A DNA stretch of 64,000 nucleotides from an uncultured Pseudomonadales bacterium (GTDB taxonomy: Bacteria > Pseudomonadota > Gammaproteobacteria > Pseudomonadales > CAZYQX01): NCBI GenBank assembly GCA_964649985.1, contig CAZYQX010000006.1:11839-75838 (forward strand), in the 5' to 3' direction. Shown piece by piece: positions 54,574 to 64,000 of the stretch. The notes under the pieces were generated by a model. That model searched no databases, had not been told where the DNA came from, and saw only the letters and a list, made by a program, of their open reading frames with translations. Both the position numbers and the translations under genes were made by a program. Numbering within the stretch: the stretch's first letter is position 1; every line of letters starts with the position of its first letter.

Positions 54574-55373
54574 CGCCCCCCAAGCAGCATGCGCTCAATG
54601 AGGATAGGGGCTGCAACCCGAATCATCGTAAAGCCTAAGGTCACCAGGATTATTGCAACGGCCAATGTAGATAAAAACCCAGTAAGCTCGGTCAACGGGC
54701 TCCCTGCAGCGGCATCCCTCAGAGTAGCCATTAACGGCGACACCGGATTCAGTCTAACAATTTCGGCAAACAAGCCCTCCCGGCTCGGCACATACAGCGC
54801 CGGGGTCAAAAACAACCCATAGCTAATAAAAAGCTTCACCGCATTATGAATATCCGAGAACAAAATGGTGAACGGGGCAATAAAAACACCAAAACCAACA
54901 CCCAAAATCACTGTGCCAAGAAAGCATAAAAACATTAGCGCACTGCCAGGCACATCTACCCCAACATAGAAGGCGACCAGCGCAAGAGCCAAAACATACC
55001 TCACGAGCATATTAGTCAGCGACTCATATGACTGGGCCAACACAATCGCAACGCGGGAAAAATTAACTCGGGTCAAAAACGAGCGGGCGCTCTCAAATGC
55101 CTGGTGTGGCACATCCAAAGCTTCCGCAAAAACTTGCCACAGCAAAGTGCCTAAAAAAACAAATAACGGGTAAGGCAAAGAAATTTCACCATGACTAATA
55201 ATGCCCGAGCGGCCGGCTAGAGAAACGCCCCCGGTGATAAGGATCGCCGGGAACACCATCCAAAAATATCCGAGAAATGATTGCCTATATTTGGCACCAA
55301 TTGTATGAGAAAAAAGCCGCCACGAGAGCGAAATACTTTCTCTGGCCGCCGAAACAACTGATTGCATCAGCAC
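54570..55373 (-). CDS. wzm: Polysaccharide ABC exporter permease
   Basis: KYRQSFLGYFW, YPLFVFLG, FLTPALY, LNPVSPL; adjacent to wzt. Confidence 0.9.
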   Translation of the reverse strand: MLMQSVVSAARESISLSWRLFSHTIGAKYRQSFLGYFWMVFPAILITGGVSLAGRSGIISHGEISLPYPLFVFLGTLLWQVFAEALDVPHQAFESARSFLTRVNFSRVAIVLAQSYESLTNMLVRYVLALALVAFYVGVDVPGSALMFLCFLGTVILGVGFGVFIAPFTILFSDIHNAVKLFISYGLFLTPALYVPSREGLFAEIVRLNPVSPLMATLRDAAAGSPLTELTGFLSTLAVAIILVTLGFTMIRVAAPILIERMLLGGR

Positions 55374-56212
55374 CTCCTCCGCTGCAAATATTCAGAGCGT
55401 TTCTCTCTACATGCCAAAACGGCAAGTTTCAGCCTTGCCCATAGAGCATGCATTGCACCCGGCTTTACGCGAGCCTGAAAGAACAGCGGCATCAATCTTT
55501 TCCGCTTTCCTTTAAAATGGACAATTACTTTCCCCGCCAATCCTGCAGATATTGCTTGATACTTATTTTCAGGTGAAAAATTGTATACCTCGCAAGGCAA
55601 CAACAAAATACGGCACCCTCCAACGTTAACAATTTCCCGAGCGGACATTTCTGCTGGCGTTAAGCCAATAATATCGCGCAAAGCAAGCTGGTCACCATAC
55701 CAGTCCGCCTGCCCTGAATATCGCTCAATATACAATTCAGCAAACTGCCTGAAAAACTGCTTCGACAACTCGGGTCTGCGATTATTGAGGATCATGAAGC
55801 CGCCATTAAGCGGCATTTCATCATTGTCCCGCCACGTGAGCGCCACGTCAAAGTCCTTTTCGAGAACAGCATCAAGCTTGGCATTCACCAAAATATCTGA
55901 ATCCAGTATTATGATTGGGGCTATAAAACTGGAAGCCTCGATATACCCCATCTGAGCTTTTGTCCGATCCAGCATCAATGAAGCAGCTTTTACCTCACTA
56001 TTGAATCGAAAAAAAGGAACGGAAACGCCCTCCAAACTGGTGGTTTCATTAGTGAGAATTGCCGCGGTCATATCGGGGTGATGTATCTTGGCCGATTCAA
56101 GCATCATATCGATATTCGATATGTACTCCAAATGTGCCAAGGTCTTATTTGGGTGTACGCCTTCTCCCTGCGCCAAAGACACGTGAAATGTAACAAACTC
56201 AGCAAACGTCAC
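55367..56212 (-). CDS. Nucleotide-diphospho-sugar transferase (GT-A fold, GT77-like)
   Basis: LDSDIL (DxD), LNGGFM, GDQLAL, HFKG. Confidence 0.65.
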   Translation of the reverse strand: MTFAEFVTFHVSLAQGEGVHPNKTLAHLEYISNIDMMLESAKIHHPDMTAAILTNETTSLEGVSVPFFRFNSEVKAASLMLDRTKAQMGYIEASSFIAPIIILDSDILVNAKLDAVLEKDFDVALTWRDNDEMPLNGGFMILNNRRPELSKQFFRQFAELYIERYSGQADWYGDQLALRDIIGLTPAEMSAREIVNVGGCRILLLPCEVYNFSPENKYQAISAGLAGKVIVHFKGKRKRLMPLFFQARVKPGAMHALWARLKLAVLACREKRSEYLQRRRC

Positions 56213-57102
56213 TCGCCATGGCCTCCGCGCATAACATTAGGACGTGCGGCAAACAGCGTTACACGAGGCCCATTTCGCTGCACTGAATTTTTAACAATTC
56301 GAATTTCGCTAAACCCCGCGTCGACGAGCAGCGAAATAATATCATCCAGCAATAACCATTTCGCAAAATCGTACATACCGGAAAAAACTTCATTTCTCCC
56401 TTTTTCTTTATAGTTATAGTATCGGTATTCCTTCCCATTTATCGTATAAGCCCCATCTAGCATTTCTGGCAATGCATAATGAGTATCTAGCAACAGCCCA
56501 CTCCCGACGATAGCGTCAGTAAAATGGAGCAAGTGAGAAACCGGATCCTTCAAATGGTACAAAACTCCCACATGATGGACATAGTCCACGCGCGGCAATG
56601 TCGAAGCATCCTCGCGACTCTCGAGGTTACACACGCTAACCACGGGAGAGTACCCAAACAAATTTGCTCGCACCACAGTCTTTACGACGTTTTCAACTCT
56701 TGAGTCTATGGCAAAAACCTTTGCTGCCCGCTGACAAAGCGCTATCGTATGGATACCTTCAAAACACCCCACCTCGAGTACTGAGGCCGCGCGCAAGTCG
56801 AAAGCATCTGCCATGCTAACAATGCGAGGATCGGGAATAACCTGCGGAGTGTCGCGCTTCCCTTTCCATGCCACATTGCCAAAACGCCTTCCCTGGCGAT
56901 CAACGGTGAAGCAACTCCACGGTAACATCTCATTAAGACGCTGGAGATCAGCATCAGACAAGCGCTCTACCCCCCCTGAATCCACTCGATTTGAATCAAA
57001 CCCAGAGAACGGCACGACGCTCGCACGCCTGGACGAAGGCATATCATCCACGCCAGCAACAGAACGGAGCTTTGACAACCCTTTTTTCAATACGCCAATC
57101 AC
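56209..57102 (-). CDS. Class I SAM-dependent methyltransferase
   Basis: VLEVGCFEG, FAIDSR, HVGVLYHLKDP. Confidence 0.85.
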   Translation of the reverse strand: MIGVLKKGLSKLRSVAGVDDMPSSRRASVVPFSGFDSNRVDSGGVERLSDADLQRLNEMLPWSCFTVDRQGRRFGNVAWKGKRDTPQVIPDPRIVSMADAFDLRAASVLEVGCFEGIHTIALCQRAAKVFAIDSRVENVVKTVVRANLFGYSPVVSVCNLESREDASTLPRVDYVHHVGVLYHLKDPVSHLLHFTDAIVGSGLLLDTHYALPEMLDGAYTINGKEYRYYNYKEKGRNEVFSGMYDFAKWLLLDDIISLLVDAGFSEIRIVKNSVQRNGPRVTLFAARPNVMRGGHGE

Positions 57103-58289
57103 AGAGACGATCTCCCTTTTGCAACCGGTTTCAGTTTCAACCTATGGTTTCTTTCCGCTTCGCTAAAGACGTCGAATAGTTGTTTTACCAAACCATCCTG
57201 GGTATATTCTTCTTGCAAACGCCGCTGCGCATGCGAGACCATTTCATACCTCAGATCATCTCCATTTATTAGCTCTAGCAGGGCTTGCTCCCATTCACCG
57301 CTTAAAGCAAGTAATCCACACCCATCAGCACAACACTCGTCGTATATCATACCACGAGACGCCACTACCGCAGTGCCAACAGCGGTATACTCTATCCATT
57401 TATTGATATTTTTCACCCTATTAAACTCAGTTTCAGCCAATGGGCATATCCCAATATCCCACCGCCTTTCTGCAAGCGCTTGCAAAAATGCATCATATTC
57501 CGCCACCGGAGGCAGCACCTGCACCCGATCAGAAAACTCATCCAATATTGCTGGCTTCGGTATTTTCCCAAATAGCTCAAATCGGATATTCGGATAGCTC
57601 CTCATGACAGAAACCAAAGCAGGCAACACCACTTCAAAATCATGTGCATGATCAAAGCCCATATAGCCAATAACACCACAAGCACGACGCTCTGCAGGAA
57701 AAACAACCTCACCCGCACAAAATATTTTCCCCGACAGATATCTGCCATCCGGCACAGATAGCTCAAGACGAGCCTTAAGCCGCTCATTTGAGCAATACAC
57801 TACATCCACTGCCGTCAACAAATATCGCACCGCAGAAATGCGCGCTGGGTCATTGTGATACTCATATTTTGCCCTCCCAAGCTCTCGTGGAACACTCAGA
57901 AGATCATCATCGATACAATATATCGATGGCACACCATACTCCGATGCTAACCCCATAATATATTCGGCATAATCACCGCTATACCGGCAAAAAATTAGAT
58001 GGGTCGGATTAATCTTTGCAAACATCTTTCTCAGCCAGCCCTTGGCATCCCGAGAGAACACGCTTGCTGAGAGCCGAAACATATCTTGATCAGTAACAAC
58101 CGCAATCTGAACTCTCCCACTGGCCACCATATTTCGCAGCGGGGAAATCAAGCTTAACTGGACTGTCGGAATCATCGCGTTTGCAACAACAAGAAGCCTT
58201 AACGGGGCTTTCGAGCTACCAATGACCTTAACGTTGCGACTCGGCTTTATGCGCCGCACAATAGCCGATAACCAAGAACATCTATTCAT
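57099..58289 (-). CDS. Glycosyltransferase (GT-B, GT4-like)
   Basis: YCIDDDL, DIGICPL, KNINKWIEYTAVG. Confidence 0.8.
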   Translation of the reverse strand: MNRCSWLSAIVRRIKPSRNVKVIGSSKAPLRLLVVANAMIPTVQLSLISPLRNMVASGRVQIAVVTDQDMFRLSASVFSRDAKGWLRKMFAKINPTHLIFCRYSGDYAEYIMGLASEYGVPSIYCIDDDLLSVPRELGRAKYEYHNDPARISAVRYLLTAVDVVYCSNERLKARLELSVPDGRYLSGKIFCAGEVVFPAERRACGVIGYMGFDHAHDFEVVLPALVSVMRSYPNIRFELFGKIPKPAILDEFSDRVQVLPPVAEYDAFLQALAERRWDIGICPLAETEFNRVKNINKWIEYTAVGTAVVASRGMIYDECCADGCGLLALSGEWEQALLELINGDDLRYEMVSHAQRRLQEEYTQDGLVKQLFDVFSEAERNHRLKLKPVAKGRSSL

Positions 58290-58568
58290 GCAAGAGCCTC
58301 ATAAAACCATTATCCAGGCCACCACCGTTCAAATTTAAAGCCTCCCCCAAAAGAAATTAGCTAGACCCCTCCAAATAAAGCCATTGACGCCTGAAAAGCA
58401 CGAAATCAACTTACCTATATGCATATAAAATATAAAAATTGCTTGAATCTATAGTCATCAATCTTTCGGCTGGCCTTTTTATATGTAGGCCTGATATCTC
58501 ATATCATGTACAAGATGCTTTAAATTCACCTAGCCCATTTTAAAAACACCGGCACTGTTTAATAACTG

Positions 58569-60938
58569 CTAACTTTCCGCAAAAATAAGCGACTCACTTT
58601 TTAACTGCGCTAGTTCCAGCAAATTCTTTGCTATAGCCTCCGCAGCATCACCCTCTATTATGTTTCGCTCAACAAAGGCAGCCGACGCTGAACGAAGTCT
58701 ATCTAGGTCCCCGCTAGCCAAAACCGCCTTGACAAACCCCACCCAATCGGGCGCCACAACCAGCCGAGTCAGCGGCGCATAATTCTTCAAGCCAAGCCCC
58801 CCATCAACTACCGCAACTGGTAAGCCCATCCGAGCAGCGTCAACAGCAATCGTGGACGGCGTGGTGATCACCGCTGCCATATTCTCCATCAAAGAAGATG
58901 TCGAAAATTCACGCCATGCTACAGATGAAGGATCAACTACAACCAAATTACCAAATTCCAGCCCGCCCCCTGAATAGACTGAAGTCAACCACATCCCTGC
59001 ACTATGAGGCTTGAGCAAGAATACAACCTCAGGATACGCGGCCACCAAGGCGAGCAAGTCCGCCACAAACTCACGGCGATATTTATCTGAATAGCGATGC
59101 CAGTGAAGATTTTCAAAAATGCCGATCACAACTCTCCCCGGAGGAACCAATGACGACAAATCCGCCGGGTCACATCGCTCAGGCTTAGGACACCCTAGCG
59201 CCAAGCATTTAGATTTTGTTGAAGCCGGGATTCGCTCATGTAAAGTACTCTGCCCTCCCCACGTATAAATGACATCAGAAGAAAAGTTTACACGCTTGAT
59301 ACTGTGAATACTGTCGCTATACGTAAGGCCGACATTCTCAAAGCCATGCTGCATTGTCGCTGTATAAATTCCAGCTTTAACCGCTGCTTCGGTAAGGTAC
59401 CTAGCAAGCCTGTGTGGCCCCAAATTTGTTTCCGACGCGGTCATAAGTACGCGATTTTCATTCGCAAAGCGAATGCTATCAAAACCCGTAAGATGCTCTG
59501 GCAAAACCCATATGGAAACTTTTGCTTTATCTAATGCTTTTCGCACCCGAGGTGCACGTTGGAGCAATCCAGCACTACAACACACAGCAACTTGCACATT
59601 ATAAGAAATAAGTTTTTCCAGAACAGGCAATACCAAATCCAGATCCTGAACAAGCTGCATCAAAAGCACAATCTGAGCCCCTCCAGCAGGGTGCCTTATC
59701 TCATGACACAACTCATCGATGACCTTAGACCATGAATGCAAAATATAATTATCCCCATAGAGTTCATTGATTCTTTTTTTAGCCTTATCCAGGGACAACC
59801 TGACCGATTTTTCATCACTTAAATAAAGACGCAAACCACCAACAAAATCGTCCAGCACGATACAATCAGAAAGCGCTTCAAGAGCAGGGGTTGAACTCGC
59901 AACAACGGGAACCCCGTTCATTAGCGAAGAAACGGTTCTATTTGCAGATTTACAGACACTAAACTCATCATTACTGCTAGGTATAACAACCACATCGGCA
60001 CGAGAAAATTCTTTTGATAAATTTTCACTAGACCATTCTACATATCGCGTTTTTGCCTTGAATTTACGTATTTTTTTACTGTACTTTCTATAGTCGTTAC
60101 TGACCACAACCAGCTCGACATCAAATTCTTTCGCAATAGCTTCAATATCGGCCCTTATACGCAACAATTCCAGCATTCCAAAACTTGAATACTTTGCGCC
60201 ATGATTGCCAAACCAAAGGATTCTTCTTTTAGCCCCACCATAAGATTCAATTTTCCGACGATACCCATACGAATTAATTTTCTCTAAAGCGCGAACAAAA
60301 AAAACATCTAAATAATCAAACAGCTCTGATACGTATTTTTTTGCATGCCCCCCCAATAACCTGACTATTCCAGTGGCACCAACACCTTGATAAACCTCAA
60401 GTAAACGCCTTAGGCGTTTGGCATAAAGCGCGAACTTACTGTTGACATTTTTCTCAGCACCAGACGCCAACCGCATCAACTCTATGCACGCGTCAACCTT
60501 TTCTTCATTCTCAATTCCATCCGGAATCACATAGATAAAAACATCTTTTCCGACCACTTTTCTGACAACATCTGCTAGAGCATCGGTTGTCACGACAATC
60601 GCGGATGCCAAATAAGACATCGCAATGAAAACCTGCGAAGAGCGACCATAATCATATTCTTCAACAAATATGTTGTCGCACAAATCAAGAACAATAGGAA
60701 TTCCCCGCTGCACTGAATCCAAAGCCAGCAAATAATCACTACAGCTAAAGCTTTTTACAAATACTAGCGCCGAAAGATCATTTAAATCTTTTTCAGCAGG
60801 CGCCTCAAAAACTCGACAATTAAAACCTGCAGAGTTAAGCAGCAGCAATGGCAGGGCGCAACGATACCTAACGCTTGCAATATTTGCGTTCAGTGAAGTT
60901 ACCTTCCATCCAATTACCCCTTGCTTAACCATACTCAC
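58569..60938 (-). CDS. Two-domain glycosyltransferase (GT4-like plus a C-terminal QHG/KPH-motif domain)
   Basis: KSANRTVSSLMNGVPVV in the N-terminal half; TMQHGF, LLKPHS, TTPSTIAVDA in the C-terminal half. Confidence 0.7.
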   Translation of the reverse strand: MSMVKQGVIGWKVTSLNANIASVRYRCALPLLLLNSAGFNCRVFEAPAEKDLNDLSALVFVKSFSCSDYLLALDSVQRGIPIVLDLCDNIFVEEYDYGRSSQVFIAMSYLASAIVVTTDALADVVRKVVGKDVFIYVIPDGIENEEKVDACIELMRLASGAEKNVNSKFALYAKRLRRLLEVYQGVGATGIVRLLGGHAKKYVSELFDYLDVFFVRALEKINSYGYRRKIESYGGAKRRILWFGNHGAKYSSFGMLELLRIRADIEAIAKEFDVELVVVSNDYRKYSKKIRKFKAKTRYVEWSSENLSKEFSRADVVVIPSSNDEFSVCKSANRTVSSLMNGVPVVASSTPALEALSDCIVLDDFVGGLRLYLSDEKSVRLSLDKAKKRINELYGDNYILHSWSKVIDELCHEIRHPAGGAQIVLLMQLVQDLDLVLPVLEKLISYNVQVAVCCSAGLLQRAPRVRKALDKAKVSIWVLPEHLTGFDSIRFANENRVLMTASETNLGPHRLARYLTEAAVKAGIYTATMQHGFENVGLTYSDSIHSIKRVNFSSDVIYTWGGQSTLHERIPASTKSKCLALGCPKPERCDPADLSSLVPPGRVVIGIFENLHWHRYSDKYRREFVADLLALVAAYPEVVFLLKPHSAGMWLTSVYSGGGLEFGNLVVVDPSSVAWREFSTSSLMENMAAVITTPSTIAVDAARMGLPVAVVDGGLGLKNYAPLTRLVVAPDWVGFVKAVLASGDLDRLRSASAAFVERNIIEGDAAEAIAKNLLELAQLKSESLIFAES

Positions 60939-61896
60939 CCCGAGACCACAAAAGCAGACATTACATCATATCGTATAAAAAATGGCACGCCTACTTTACT
61001 GCTCTTGGGCGAATACTCAGCAGATGACTGGCGGAAATATTGCCGACCAAGGTGCTATCTCATTGATATTAATCATATATTTAACTGCGCCCTCCAATAA
61101 CAAAATCGCTCCCCAGCTATATGCATAATGGCAACCAGCAAGACTCAACCGCACACGTCAAGCACGCAGCCCCCTATGAAATACCCATAAATACAACCTA
61201 TCTTAATTTAAAATAATCTCCGCTATAATTAAAATATACGCACCTACAGCCAATTTAATAATGCGATTTTCGTTACATTTTCATATGTTATAGTTGACTA
61301 TAATAACCGAATAGCGCAGCGGATATTACAAGCCATAACACTGCACTAATATTATCACTGAGGCTTTTTCAATGATTTATCCAGGGGTTGCGGCGACTGC
61401 GGTTTCGTCTTGATACAGCGACCGGCTTTAGGATTGACGTGCACAATACCACTTGTTGTAGCACAAGGAGCTTGGCCATTGCTAACCCTTACCTTCAGAA
61501 ACCGGAAATTGGCTTTATCGCATCTATGCATGCTAGGCAGTTGCGAAGGCTGGCGCTGACGGATAACTGATATCTGCCGTGCCCCCAGATCACATCCCTA
61601 CCCTTATCGATTGCGAATAGCACATCGATATTTCAATGCAAATCTACCGAAATGAATGCTCATTCGGTCATCTTGATCTATGCCACCCCATCGTCGCGAA
61701 GTTTGCTCAGATGTTCTGCATTGCAGGGCATGCTCTGCGCCACGCGGCGTACGCCCACACAGGGAAGCTGGTGGCGCACGCGAAATATGTCAACTGGAGA
61801 GCTATAAACACCTGATCGATCAAACCGCCAAGCATTTCGTCACGTGCTGGTGGACGCCAATGAGGCACTGGGCGCCAGAGCCCTTGCTCAGTGTGT

Positions 61897-63504
61897 TCAT
61901 TCCACCCTAAACCGCTCCACCAACCCTCTCAGCTGCACCGCCAGGTGCTCCAGTTCGCTGCTGATATCGGCTGTTTGGGCGGCATCGCGCCGGCTTTCGT
62001 CGGCGATGTGGCGGAATTGATGGAGGTAGGTGTAAATGCGGGTGGAGCTGGCGTTCTGCCCTTCGGCGGTGCGTTTGATTTCGTCGCTCATGCTGGTGAG
62101 CTGCAGTACTTGCGCGGCAATGCCCTGCAGGGCATCGACGGTGGTTTCCACTTGGCTGACGCCGATTTCGGCGGTTTCGCCTGCCCGGCGCATCTGGTCG
62201 ACCGCCTGGCGGGCTTCGCCCTGCAGATCGGCGATCATGGATTCGATCTCCCGGGCGGAGTCGTGGGTCTTGGTGGCCAGGGCGCGCACTTCGTCGGCCA
62301 CCACGGCAAAGCCACGGCCCGACTCGCCGGCTCGGGCGGCTTCGATGGCGGCGTTGAGGGCCAGCAGGTTGGTCTGCTCGGCGATGCCCTTGATCACGCT
62401 GAGTATGCTGCCCACCGCCTGGCTGCGCACGTCCAGTTTGCGGATGACATCGGCGGCGGAGAGGATCTCCCGGTTCAAGGAGCGTATGGCTTCAATGACC
62501 TGGCGGGAGCCGGCCACGCCGCTTTCGGCGGCCTGACTGGCGTGGTGGCAGGCTTCGGCGGTCTGGCTGGACTGCTGCTCGATGCTCTGCACGCCGTGTT
62601 GCATATCGGACAGCGAGGTCTGGATGCGCGCGGCGCCATCTTCCTGGCGGGCCATGGCGTCGGCGGTTTTGCCGGCCACGGCGCGCAGGTTGCCGGAGGC
62701 ATCGGTGAGGCGGTAGACCTGCCCGAACACCTCGCCCAGGCTCTGCTGGAAGCGCTCCAGTAACTGGTTGATGGCCTCGCCGACCAGGCCGATCTCATCC
62801 CGGGTGCCCACCCGCACGCGCTTGCGCAGGTCGGCATTGGCGCGAATATCGTCCAGCTCATGGCACAAGGTGCCGATGCGACGGGTGACCACCTGGCTCA
62901 ATATCCACAACAGGCCTGCCGCGGCCAACAGGAACAGCACAAGCTGTACGCCAAGCCCTTTGTACATGGTGTGTTGCAGGTCGGCATACATGCCTTCCAG
63001 TGACAGCGTGAGCCGCACTGCGCCGAGCACGGTGCCCTCCTTGACCTGGTGACACGCCAGGCAGTTGACGGTGCTGTGGTCGCCGGTGGCCACCAGGGGG
63101 CGCAGTACGGTGATGGCGCGCTGCCCCTTGACGACGCGCTCTTCGGCCACCGTCTCGCCGGCCAGGCCGCGCCGGTCCAGCTCATCGCTCGCGCCCTCGC
63201 CATTCAGCCCGGGGCCGAACAGGCGCACCACATCTTCACCGCGGAGAATACGCGCCTCCAGCACGCCCTCGCGCGCGAGGATTTTGTCCTGCAGCAACTG
63301 GCGGCGTTGCATGGTGCCGGTGAGCATCATGGTGTTGACGCCATCGAAGTAGGCGCCGGCGGCTTCGTGGGCCTGGTGGGTGTAGGCCTCCACCAGCTGC
63401 GCTCGACTGCTGTCGTAGAACACCAGAGCGGTTGCTCCCAGCATGAGGGAGAACATGACCCCCAGGGCGATATAGAGTTTGCTCTTCAGCGATTGCGCAC
63501 CCAT
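61897..63504 (-). CDS. Methyl-accepting chemotaxis protein with periplasmic c-type heme (DUF3365-like) sensor
   Basis: TM1, NCLACH (63049-63063), TM2, HAMP (DEIG), hairpin [34 protein letters not shown]. Confidence 0.92.
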   Translation of the reverse strand: MGAQSLKSKLYIALGVMFSLMLGATALVFYDSSRAQLVEAYTHQAHEAAGAYFDGVNTMMLTGTMQRRQLLQDKILAREGVLEARILRGEDVVRLFGPGLNGEGASDELDRRGLAGETVAEERVVKGQRAITVLRPLVATGDHSTVNCLACHQVKEGTVLGAVRLTLSLEGMYADLQHTMYKGLGVQLVLFLLAAAGLLWILSQVVTRRIGTLCHELDDIRANADLRKRVRVGTRDEIGLVGEAINQLLERFQQSLGEVFGQVYRLTDASGNLRAVAGKTADAMARQEDGAARIQTSLSDMQHGVQSIEQQSSQTAEACHHASQAAESGVAGSRQVIEAIRSLNREILSAADVIRKLDVRSQAVGSILSVIKGIAEQTNLLALNAAIEAARAGESGRGFAVVADEVRALATKTHDSAREIESMIADLQGEARQAVDQMRRAGETAEIGVSQVETTVDALQGIAAQVLQLTSMSDEIKRTAEGQNASSTRIYTYLHQFRHIADESRRDAAQTADISSELEHLAVQLRGLVERFRVE

Positions 63505-63710
63505 GCGAGGGTCTCCGGCAATGACCACATGCCCCACAACGCCAGGGGCCGGCAATAATCCAGTATAGATAATTGTTCACTGCGCCATGATCCAGAAACC
63601 ATGTTGATCTCAACGGCTTTTAGCGTCTGACACAGACCTGTAGCATGTGCGCGACGCCGCTCAGGCGCGGCGGGATGGATCACGCTATTCCTGAAAGGTA
63701 TCGGCCGCCT

Positions 63711-64000
63711 ATGAAAATTCATCAGCTCGGCATAGACGAGGCGCTGCACAGCATGGGTAGCAGTGCCAATGGCCTGACCTCCGCCGAGGCCGATCGACGG
63801 TGCGGCGAGTTTGGCCCCAACCGGGTGGAGGCGCGCCTGCAGCAGGCGCTGTGGCAACGCTTTGCCAAGGAGTTCGTACACTTTTTTGCCCTGATACTGT
63901 GGGCAGCCGCCGCACTCGCCTTTTTCGCCGAGTGGCGACAGCCCGGCGAGGGCATGGCCACCTTGGGCGCCGCCATTCTGGGCGTGATTCTGATCAACGG
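63711..64000 (+). CDS. Cation-transporting P-type ATPase (P2-type), N-terminus; truncated by the window end and absent from the ORF track
   Basis: Manual translation: MKIHQL...GLTSAEADRRCGEFGPNRV...FVHFFALILWAAAALAF...AILGVILING. Confidence 0.85.
   Translation, partial: MKIHQLGIDEALHSMGSSANGLTSAEADRRCGEFGPNRVEARLQQALWQRFAKEFVHFFALILWAAAALAFFAEWRQPGEGMATLGAAILGVILIN

Noticed and set aside
61217-61244. dif-like site (GGTGCGTATAT resembles the XerC arm)
   Set aside because: The XerD arm does not match TTATGTTAAAT
63603-63614. Fnr/Anr box upstream of the heme MCP
   Set aside because: GTTGA-TC-TCAAC has the wrong spacing for TTGAT-N4-ATCAA

Overview
Chromosomal segment of a high-GC Gammaproteobacterium; a Pseudomonadales/Oceanospirillales-like identity is inferred from gene content and the argG/pyrC-rnt and pcnB-folK-pan-acs blocks. 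No rRNA, tRNA, CRISPR array or intact transposase is visible. (1) 1-25.5 kb is a dense signalling region: two PAS-containing hybrid kinases, a REC-PAS-GGDEF-EAL protein, a REC-HD-GYP protein and three tandem RetS/LadS-like 7TM-DISM hybrid kinases. It also holds mdlA and mdlB separated by 8.6 kb, and a TetR-linked cytochrome P450 fused to a DUF4345-like membrane domain, preceded by a tandem palindromic operator. (2) 25.6-34.5 kb is core metabolism: pyrC, rnt, acs, panDCB, a deoxynucleoside kinase, folK and pcnB. (3) At 34.6-35.0 kb is an unannotated CrcZ-like Hfq/Crc-sponge sRNA with six AANAANAA clusters, a sigma-54 promoter and CbrB-type upstream sites, but no adjacent cbrAB. In their place lies a porin / small binding protein / porin cassette. 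(4) A thioesterase with a CA motif at its RBS, then rpsT. (5) 39.8-61.4 kb is an AT-richer, mosaic Wzm/Wzt-dependent surface polysaccharide locus with three methyltransferases, a pyruvyltransferase-family protein and an amidotransferase. (6) A c-type-heme (CxxCH) chemoreceptor and the start of a P-type ATPase. All domain calls come from motifs recognised by eye; no database searches were run, and several start codons are best guesses.
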